Shown here one piece after another: positions 57,955 through 64,000 of a DNA stretch of 64,000 nucleotides. The position numbers were made by a program, and so were the translations under genes. The DNA is taken from the NCBI GenBank assembly GCA_964476125.1, contig CAYZAE010000007.1, positions 10,290 to 74,289 of the forward strand, read 5' to 3'. The first letter of the stretch is position 1; every line of letters starts with the position of its first letter. Under the pieces are notes generated by a model. The model made no database searches. It was not told the DNA's origin and saw only the letters and a program-made list of their open reading frames with translations. The DNA comes from an uncultured Verrucomicrobiota bacterium. GTDB lineage: Bacteria; Verrucomicrobiota; Verrucomicrobiia; Limisphaerales; CAIMTB01.

Positions 57955-58632
57955 ATGGCCGCAAACCGCACTGACGCCGCAAAAGGCGATGCCGACAAGG
58001 GTGACAAGCGCCCGGAAGGCGGCGCCGGAGCCGATGCCGCTCCGGCGGCAAAGGCCGGAGGGATGCAGGCCTGGCTGCCCCTCATCATCGCCATCACCGT
58101 GCTGCCGGTCGTCTCCTACGCCGTCACCACCTTCGTCCTTCTTCCCAAACTCCAGAAGGGCCTCGGGCTCGCCCCGGCCGCCGCGGCCGCCCCGGCCGCC
58201 GGCGGGCATGGAGCTCCGGCCGACGCCCACGGCGCTCCCAAGGAGGCCGCCGATGCCGGCGGACACGGCGCCCCCAAGGCCGACTCCGGCGGGCACGGCG
58301 CCAAACCCGAGGGCGGCGGCGGATCCGGCGGACGCGAACAGGTCCCGCTCACCAAATTGATCGTCAACGTCGCCGGAACCCAGGCCTCCCGGATCCTGCT
58401 CTCCAGCGTGATCCTCGTCAGCGCCTCCCCCGGATTCCGCGACCGGGTGAAGGAATTCGAACCGCAACTCCGCGACACCGCCTGCGGCATCCTCAGCACC
58501 AAGACCATCCAGGACCTCGAGAAACCGGGAGCCCGCAACATCATCCGCAGCGAGCTGCTCACCTCGTTCAACCACGTCCTCGGCGGGTCCTCCGTGCAGG
58601 AAATCTATTTCACCGACTTCGCCATCCAGTAA
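57955..58632 (+). CDS. fliL: Flagellar basal-body-associated protein FliL
   Basis: 225 aa. TM, Ala/Gly/His-rich linker, then LIVNVAG...RDTACGILSTKT...IRSELLTSFN...IYFTDFAIQ. Confidence 0.85.
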   Translation: MAANRTDAAKGDADKGDKRPEGGAGADAAPAAKAGGMQAWLPLIIAITVLPVVSYAVTTFVLLPKLQKGLGLAPAAAAAPAAGGHGAPADAHGAPKEAADAGGHGAPKADSGGHGAKPEGGGGSGGREQVPLTKLIVNVAGTQASRILLSSVILVSASPGFRDRVKEFEPQLRDTACGILSTKTIQDLEKPGARNIIRSELLTSFNHVLGGSSVQEIYFTDFAIQ

Positions 58633-58644
58633 TCAGTCCCAGCC

Positions 58645-59676
58645 ATGTCCGACAACCTCGATCCCTTCGCGTCCGGGAATACCGTCCTCTCGCAGAACGA
58701 GGTTGAGAACCTGCTCAACCAGGTTCAGGAACAGGAGAACACCACTCCGGTCTACAGCCACCACGGCTCACGAAAACACTTCCGGAACGAGGACATCCAA
58801 CCCTTCGACTTCCGCCAGCCCGCCTTCCTCGCCCCCGCCGAAATGCGGCGCATCCGCCTGCGCTTTGAGGACTTCATCCGCACCCTCGCCGCCAATCTCT
58901 CCATCTATCTCCGGGTCGAATTCGGACTCCGCATGTCCAAACTCCAGACCCTCTCCTACCAGAAACTGGCCGAGGGCCTGCCCAACCCCACCCACCTCAC
59001 CCTGTTCAAGGCCGAGCCGCTCAAGGGGATCTGTCTCATGGACCTCCCCCCGCGCCTCGGACTCACCATCGTCGACCGGCTGCTCGGCGGTCCCGGCCAT
59101 TCCGTGACCGGCAACCGCGACCTCAGCGACATCGAAACCGCCCTGCTCGGCGAGGTGATCAACCTGATCCTCAAGGACTGGTGCACCCAATGGGAACAAG
59201 TCCAGCAGCTCCGCGCCGTCAGTCTCGGACACGAAACCACCCCCCGGTTCCTTCACACCTCCGCCCACGACACCGTCATGCTCGTGCTCGGCATCGAATC
59301 CACCCTCGGCGATTGCGTCGAGGAGATCCAGATGGCCTTCCCGTACTACACCATCGAGCCCCTGGTCCGGCACATCATCGCGATGACCAATCCCGAAAAG
59401 GAGGCCGGAACCAGCGCCGACGCCAAGCCCCAGTGGCACGACGATTTCTACGAAATCGGCGTCCCCGTGACCGCCGAATGGCAGCGACTCGAACTCACCG
59501 TGCGGGCCCTCGCCGATCTGAAACCCGGCGACTTCCTCACCCTCGACCCGCGCTGTTTCAGCGATGTCCTGGTCAATTTCGCCTCCGTTCCCAAATTCCG
59601 CGGCCGCCTCGGCACCCGTGCCGAGCGCTGGGCCGTTGAAATCACCGAGCCCGTTGTTCCCGCGTCCAGCCTATGA
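58645..59676 (+). CDS. fliM: Flagellar motor switch protein FliM
   Basis: 343 aa. N-terminal CheY-P-binding motif LSQNEVENLL, and the middle domain GGPG loop (RLLGGPG). Confidence 0.93.
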   Translation: MSDNLDPFASGNTVLSQNEVENLLNQVQEQENTTPVYSHHGSRKHFRNEDIQPFDFRQPAFLAPAEMRRIRLRFEDFIRTLAANLSIYLRVEFGLRMSKLQTLSYQKLAEGLPNPTHLTLFKAEPLKGICLMDLPPRLGLTIVDRLLGGPGHSVTGNRDLSDIETALLGEVINLILKDWCTQWEQVQQLRAVSLGHETTPRFLHTSAHDTVMLVLGIESTLGDCVEEIQMAFPYYTIEPLVRHIIAMTNPEKEAGTSADAKPQWHDDFYEIGVPVTAEWQRLELTVRALADLKPGDFLTLDPRCFSDVLVNFASVPKFRGRLGTRAERWAVEITEPVVPASSL

Positions 59677-59939
59677 ACCTCACCGGCATCGCCCCGCCGA
59701 ACCTTGAAGTCCTCTACGATGTCCCGGTCAATCTGACCGTCGAACTCGGCAGTTGTCAGATGGCCATGCGCGACGTCCTCCAGCTGACCGTCGGCACCGT
59801 CCTTCAGCTGGACAAAATGGCCAGCGCACCCGTCGAACTCTTCGTCAATCGACGGCTCATCGCCCGCGGCGAAGTCGTCGTCGTCGAGGACCGTTTCGGC
59901 ATCAAGATCACCGAGATCGTCGGCAACTCGCTGGGCTAG
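59673..59939 (+). CDS. fliN: Flagellar motor switch protein FliN
   Basis: 88 aa. VPVNLTVELGSCQMAMRDVLQLTVGTVLQLDK...ARGEVVVVEDRFGIKITEI. Confidence 0.93.
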   Translation: MNLTGIAPPNLEVLYDVPVNLTVELGSCQMAMRDVLQLTVGTVLQLDKMASAPVELFVNRRLIARGEVVVVEDRFGIKITEIVGNSLG

Positions 59940-60499
59940 TGAAATCTCTCCCGCCACGTTTTCGCTCGATCGCCGCCCGGACCGCCCTGGCCGCCCTCCC
60001 GCTGCTGCTCGGTGCCGGGCTCTCCGCCCTCGCCGAGGAAACCGGACTTCCGCCGATCAGCGTCACCAACCGGCCTCCCGTCGCCTCGGAGCTGCCCGAC
60101 GTCACCTTTCCCCTCTTCCGCGTCTTCGGCGCCCTCGCCGTCGTGGTCGCCCTCTTCGTCGGCGGCGCCTGGCTCTTCCGCAACTGGTCCGGTTTCGCCG
60201 GCCCCCGCGGACGCACCGCACGGCTGCGCATGCTCGAAATGCGGTCCCTCGGCAATCGCCACGCCCTCTTCGTCGTCGGGTACGACCAACAGCGGCTGCT
60301 CATCGCCTCGTCCCCCGCCGGAATCACCCTGCTCGAACGGCTTCCCTCCGAACCGGAATTCCCATCCCCCGCCTCCACGGACGCCTCCACGGACACCGAC
60401 CCAGGATCCGCGGTTGGCGGAGCCATCGGCCTCCCGCACTCCGCACCTTCCCACCGCAGCTTTGCCGAGGCCCTTCGGGGTCTCCTTCCGCCACGATGA
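59939..60499 (+). CDS. fliO: Flagellar biosynthesis protein FliO/FliZ
   Basis: GTG at 59939 overlaps the fliN stop. TM FRVFGALAVVVALFVGGAWLF, then LRMLEMRSLGNRHALFVVGYDQQRLLI. Confidence 0.72.
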   Translation: MKSLPPRFRSIAARTALAALPLLLGAGLSALAEETGLPPISVTNRPPVASELPDVTFPLFRVFGALAVVVALFVGGAWLFRNWSGFAGPRGRTARLRMLEMRSLGNRHALFVVGYDQQRLLIASSPAGITLLERLPSEPEFPSPASTDASTDTDPGSAVGGAIGLPHSAPSHRSFAEALRGLLPPR

Positions 60500-61347
60500 A
60501 CGCCACCCCTCCTGACCGGACCGGATCCCCCGGAGAACACCCGGGCGGCCGGGTCGGCGATGAGGCGGGAGTCCGCCCCGTGTTCCGGCGGTTCCGGGGC
60601 TGGCTTCTGCCGTGGCTGACCCTGGTTTTTCTCGTCTCCGGATTGGGCGCGGTCTGGGCTGCGCAGGCTCCGGGGGCGCTGCCGTTCCGGGTGACCATCG
60701 ACGGCGGCAACCAGCCGCAGGACATCGACACCGGGATCCAGGTCCTGTTTGCGATCACGCTGCTGACGTTGGCGCCGTCGTTGATTCTGCTGATGACCTG
60801 CTTCACGCGGATCGTGATCGTGCTTTCGTTCGTGCGTACGGCGCTTCAGTTGCAGGGGGTGCCGGCGAACCAGATTCTGGTGGGGCTTTCGCTGTTCATG
60901 ACGTTTTTCATCATGGCCCCGGTCTGGGACACCATCCAGACGGACGCCATCAAGCCGTATCAGGCGAAGACAATCTCGAGCGAGGTGGCGTTGGAGCGGG
61001 CGACGGTTCCGATCCGGACGTTCATGTTGAAGCAGGCGCGGGCGCGGGACATCGAGTTGTTCGTGAAGCTGGCGCGGATGCAGCCGACGGAGCCCGCGCA
61101 GCTGCCGCTCAAGGTGGTGATTCCGGGCTTCATCGTGAGCGAGCTGCGGACGGCTTTCCAGATGGGATTCCTGCTCCTGGTCCCGTTCATCCTGATCGAT
61201 CTCGTGGTGGCGGTGGTGCTGATGAGCATGGGCATGATGATGATGCCCCCGATGACCATCGCCCTCCCCCTGAAGATCCTGCTGTTCGTGCTCGCCGACG
61301 GCTGGAACCTGGTCATCCGCTCCCTCATGCAGAGCTTCGGTTCCTGA
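60496..61347 (+). CDS. fliP: Flagellar export-gate protein FliP
   Basis: 283 aa. LTLAPSLILLMTCFTRIVIVLSFVRTALQLQGVPANQIL...FQMGFLLLVPFILIDLVVA. Confidence 0.95.
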   Translation: MNATPPDRTGSPGEHPGGRVGDEAGVRPVFRRFRGWLLPWLTLVFLVSGLGAVWAAQAPGALPFRVTIDGGNQPQDIDTGIQVLFAITLLTLAPSLILLMTCFTRIVIVLSFVRTALQLQGVPANQILVGLSLFMTFFIMAPVWDTIQTDAIKPYQAKTISSEVALERATVPIRTFMLKQARARDIELFVKLARMQPTEPAQLPLKVVIPGFIVSELRTAFQMGFLLLVPFILIDLVVAVVLMSMGMMMMPPMTIALPLKILLFVLADGWNLVIRSLMQSFGS

Positions 61348-61373
61348 TCCGAACTTTCACCGCCCGCCCCGCC

Positions 61374-61643
61374 ATGAACTCCGAATTTGCCATCGAACTG
61401 GTCAAGAACCTCATGTTTCAGACCGCGGCGGTGTCGTTCCCGTTCCTGGTCACCGCCATGGTGATCGGACTCGGGGTGAGTCTGTTCCAGGCGGTGACCA
61501 GCATCAGCGAGCAGACGCTTTCGTTCGTGCCCAAGGCGGTCGGCATGCTGGCCCTGCTTCTGGTCCTTCTCCCCTGGCTGGTCCGGACCCTGGTCGAGTT
61601 CACCACCGCCCTCATCGAGCGCATGCCCGAGATGGCCCGCTGA
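61374..61643 (+). CDS. fliQ: Flagellar export-gate protein FliQ
   Basis: ATG at 61374, 89 aa. GLGVSLFQAVTSISEQTLSFVPK. Confidence 0.93.
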   Translation: MNSEFAIELVKNLMFQTAAVSFPFLVTAMVIGLGVSLFQAVTSISEQTLSFVPKAVGMLALLLVLLPWLVRTLVEFTTALIERMPEMAR

Positions 61644-61668
61644 CCGGCGGGCCGTTGCGGCCAAAGCC

Positions 61669-62433
61669 ATGGGACCCGACGGCGTCATGTGGATGCTGGT
61701 TTTCCTCCGGGCCAGCGGTTTTCTCATCGTCCTTCCCCTGTTCTCCGCCACGAATCTCCCCCAGGTCCTGCGCGTCGCGCTGGCCGCGTTCCTCGCCTTC
61801 CTGATCTCCCCCTTCCTCCCCCCGTTCGCGGTCCGCCCCACAGGCATCGCGGATTGGATCGGACTGTTCCTGGTCGAGACAACGGCCGGTCTGGTCGTCG
61901 GATTCGTCACCCGCATGGTGTTCTACGTCTGTGATTTCGCGGGCCGGCTGATCACCAACGAACTCGGACTGAACTCGGCCTCCGTCTTCAACCCCGCCGC
62001 CGGCGAAAGCTCCCAGGCCCCGGGCATGATCCTGTTCTACTTCTCGATCACGGTGCTGATGTCCATGGACCTCCATCACTGGGTGCTGCTCGGCTTCCGC
62101 GACACCTACACGGTGTTGCCCATCGGCACCGCCCACCTGGGCGGCGCCCTGCTCGACAACCTGATCGGCCAGACCAGCCGCATGCTCGCCGTCGGCGTCC
62201 TCATGGCCGCACCGGTCATGGCCGGTTCGTTCATCGTCACCCTCGTCTTCTCCGTGCTCGGCCGCATCGTGCCCCAGATGAGCGCCTTCCTGGAGAGCTT
62301 CTCCGTGCGCGCCATCGGCGGCCTGGTCGTGTTCGGCCTCAGCCTCGATATCATGGCCCAACATCTGCTCAACTACCTGACGCGACTGCCGGACGACATC
62401 CTCCGGGTCGCCCAGTTCCTCGCCGCCCGGTGA
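61669..62433 (+). CDS. fliR: Flagellar export-gate protein FliR
   Basis: 254 aa polytopic protein. FLRASGFLIVLPLF...P..., positioned between fliQ and flhB. Confidence 0.9.
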   Translation: MGPDGVMWMLVFLRASGFLIVLPLFSATNLPQVLRVALAAFLAFLISPFLPPFAVRPTGIADWIGLFLVETTAGLVVGFVTRMVFYVCDFAGRLITNELGLNSASVFNPAAGESSQAPGMILFYFSITVLMSMDLHHWVLLGFRDTYTVLPIGTAHLGGALLDNLIGQTSRMLAVGVLMAAPVMAGSFIVTLVFSVLGRIVPQMSAFLESFSVRAIGGLVVFGLSLDIMAQHLLNYLTRLPDDILRVAQFLAAR

Positions 62434-62467
62434 AGGCCCTCCTCCCAGGCCGCGCCGGATCCCACGC

Positions 62468-63625
62468 ATGAGCGAACACGGCGAAAAAACGGAGCAACCG
62501 ACACAACGTCGGCTTGAGGATGCCCAAAAACGCGGCCAAATCGCCCGCAGCGCCGAGGTCCAGACCGTCCTTGTGCTCGTGGGAATTCTGTTCGGTCTGA
62601 TGTTCTTCGGGCCTGAAACGTGGCGCCAGCTGTACACGGTGGTCCGGGCCGGCCTGGGACACCTCCACGAAACGCCGCTCACCGCCTCCTCGCTCCAGGG
62701 CTATGCCATCGATGGCGCCCTCGTGTTCCTTCGCTGCACCGGCCCGATCGTCCTGGCCGTGCTCGTGGCGGGACTGCTCGCCGGCGCGTTCCAAAGCCGC
62801 TTCCAGACAGCTTCCGAGGCCCTGGCCATGAACTGGGAACGACTCAGTCCTGTGGCCGGATTCCAACGCATCTTCTCCACCCGGGCCATCGTCCCCACCG
62901 TTGTCGTCCTCGCCAAACTGGCCGTCATCATCAGCCTCACCTACGGCACCGTCCGCGCCATCCTCGGCGATCCCATCTTCTTCAGCGTCGTGGGCATCGA
63001 CCGGGTCGTTCAGTTCATGGGCGAATCCGGGCTCCGGATCCTCGCCCGGATCATCCTGGCGCTCGGGGTGATCGCCGCGGCGGACTATGGCTACCAGAGT
63101 TGGCGCCACTGGCAGGACCTCCTCATGACCAAGGAGGAAATCAAGGAGGAGATGAAAAGCCAGGAGGGCAATCCCCAGATCAAGGCCAACCGCCGCCGGA
63201 TGCTCCGCTCCTCCGTCCGCAAAATGCTCCAGGACGTGCCCACCGCCGATGTGATCGTCACCAACCCGACCCGCATCGCCATTGCCCTGCGGTACGACCG
63301 GAAGACCATGAAGGCCCCCCGCCTGATCGCGAAGGGGATACGCCTCAACGCCGCCCGCATCCGCGAAGTCGCCACCCGGCACGGGGTCCCCATGATCGAA
63401 AACAAACCCCTCGCCCGGCTTCTTTTCAAGCACGGCAAGGTGGGTGGCGAGGTTCCTGCTCAGCTGTACCTGGCCGTGGCCGAGGTGCTCGCATGGGTCT
63501 ACCGCACACATCCCTACCGCTTCTACGCCGCCGAAAACCGGGTTTCGGCAGCCGAACCGCGCCCAGCGGGTGGGCAAGTCTCGCCGACCGACCCGGCAGA
63601 ACTTTCCCGTTCCGACGCCCCCTGA
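62468..63625 (+). CDS. flhB: Flagellar export switch protein FlhB
   Basis: 385 aa. EKTEQPTQRRLEDAQKRGQIARS, MTKEEIKEEMKSQEGNPQIK, VIVTNPTRIAIALRY (an NPTH-type autocleavage site reading NPTR). Confidence 0.94.
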   Translation: MSEHGEKTEQPTQRRLEDAQKRGQIARSAEVQTVLVLVGILFGLMFFGPETWRQLYTVVRAGLGHLHETPLTASSLQGYAIDGALVFLRCTGPIVLAVLVAGLLAGAFQSRFQTASEALAMNWERLSPVAGFQRIFSTRAIVPTVVVLAKLAVIISLTYGTVRAILGDPIFFSVVGIDRVVQFMGESGLRILARIILALGVIAAADYGYQSWRHWQDLLMTKEEIKEEMKSQEGNPQIKANRRRMLRSSVRKMLQDVPTADVIVTNPTRIAIALRYDRKTMKAPRLIAKGIRLNAARIREVATRHGVPMIENKPLARLLFKHGKVGGEVPAQLYLAVAEVLAWVYRTHPYRFYAAENRVSAAEPRPAGGQVSPTDPAELSRSDAP

Positions 63626-63731
63626 TCCCCGGTCAGTCCACCGCCCGGCGGCTTGATCGGCTGTCGGTCCTCACCCTCTTCCGGCGACGTCGGCCCACGT
63701 TTCCGGCACCTCCGTTCCCGGCCCTCCAGCC

Positions 63732-64000
63732 ATGGCAACCCTGAGTTCCCAGCTTCGTCTGCTCTTTCGCCACGGCGATCTCTGGCTGGTGGCCGGCCTC
63801 ATCGGCACGGTCCTCCTGCTGATCCTGCCGATCCCGACCCTCCTGCTGGATTGTCTGCTGGCCCTCAGCATCGCCATCTCGCTGCTGATGCTCCTGGTCA
63901 TCCTCTACGTCCGTCAGCCCTCCGAGTTCACCGGTTTCCCCACCCTCCTCCTGTTCGTCACCCTCTTCCGGCTGTCCCTCAACGTCGCCACCACCCGGCT
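63732..64000 (+). CDS. flhA: Flagellar export-gate protein FlhA (N-terminal fragment, runs off the window)
   Basis: Read directly as MATLSSQLRLLFRHGDLWLVAGLIGTVLLLILPIPTLLLDCLLALSIAISLLMLLVILYV...FPTLLLFVTLFRLSLNVATTR. Confidence 0.9.
   Translation, partial: MATLSSQLRLLFRHGDLWLVAGLIGTVLLLILPIPTLLLDCLLALSIAISLLMLLVILYVRQPSEFTGFPTLLLFVTLFRLSLNVATTR

Noticed and set aside
1-64000. Looked for tRNA/rRNA genes, CRISPR arrays, transposase/integrase genes, inverted terminal repeats and toxin-antitoxin or defence-system genes.
   Set aside because: None was recognisable by eye. All sizeable intergenic gaps (3109-3201, 16483-16560, 22502-22624, 23432-23742, 30188-30388, 40765-40918, 44349-44448, 63626-63731) were read and contain only leaders, promoters or hairpins.

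Overview
High-GC, densely coding bacterial chromosome segment with three blocks. All calls come from reading the translations and DNA against remembered family motifs. No database search was run. (1) 1-2.6 kb: the tail of an FG-GAP-like protein, an MFS transporter and an NAD-dependent epimerase-family gene. (2) 2.7-21 kb: one co-directional str/S10/spc/alpha ribosomal supercluster running rpsL-rpsG-fusA-rpsJ ... rplO-secY-map-infA-rpmJ-rpsM-rpsK-rpsD-rpoA-rplQ. It ends in a clean rho-independent terminator. It has no tuf after fusA, no rpmD (L30) and no adk. As I recall, this arrangement is typical of the PVC superphylum (Verrucomicrobiota/Chlamydiota-like), and S5, S11 and L17 carry lineage-specific extensions. 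(3) 21-64 kb: a motility/chemosensory island. It holds an MFS gene and two tandem short flagellins. A long minus-strand che operon follows (HDOD-cheR-cheD-HDOD-cheB-cheA, then a PAS histidine kinase and a REC-HD-GYP regulator). Diverging from it is a cheX / CheY-pseudoREC-STAS / three unknown genes / sigma54-activator operon. Next come cheW, a heme-c-type hybrid kinase, a heme-c-type MCP and fliD. The block ends with a Firmicute/spirochaete-style fla operon (flgB flgC fliE fliF fliG fliH fliI fliJ ylxF-like fliK flgD flgE fliL fliM fliN fliO fliP fliQ fliR flhB flhA'). My own DNA reading gave four main results. First, a recurring sigma28-type promoter motif (7 copies) that also corrects several ORF-track start codons. 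Second, a sigma54 -24/-12 element in front of flgB. Third, conserved CsrA-type GGA hairpins in both flagellin leaders. Fourth, CXXCH heme-c motifs in the sensor domains of the adjacent MCP and kinase. The most novel-looking content is the wiring. The che operon lacks its own CheY/CheW and appears to feed a HD-GYP (c-di-GMP) output. The only CheY-like receiver in the locus is fused to a pseudo-receiver and a STAS domain. An uncharacterised secreted-protein/TPR/FlgN-like trio is translationally linked to the sigma54 activator. No tRNA, rRNA, CRISPR, transposase or integrase was seen.
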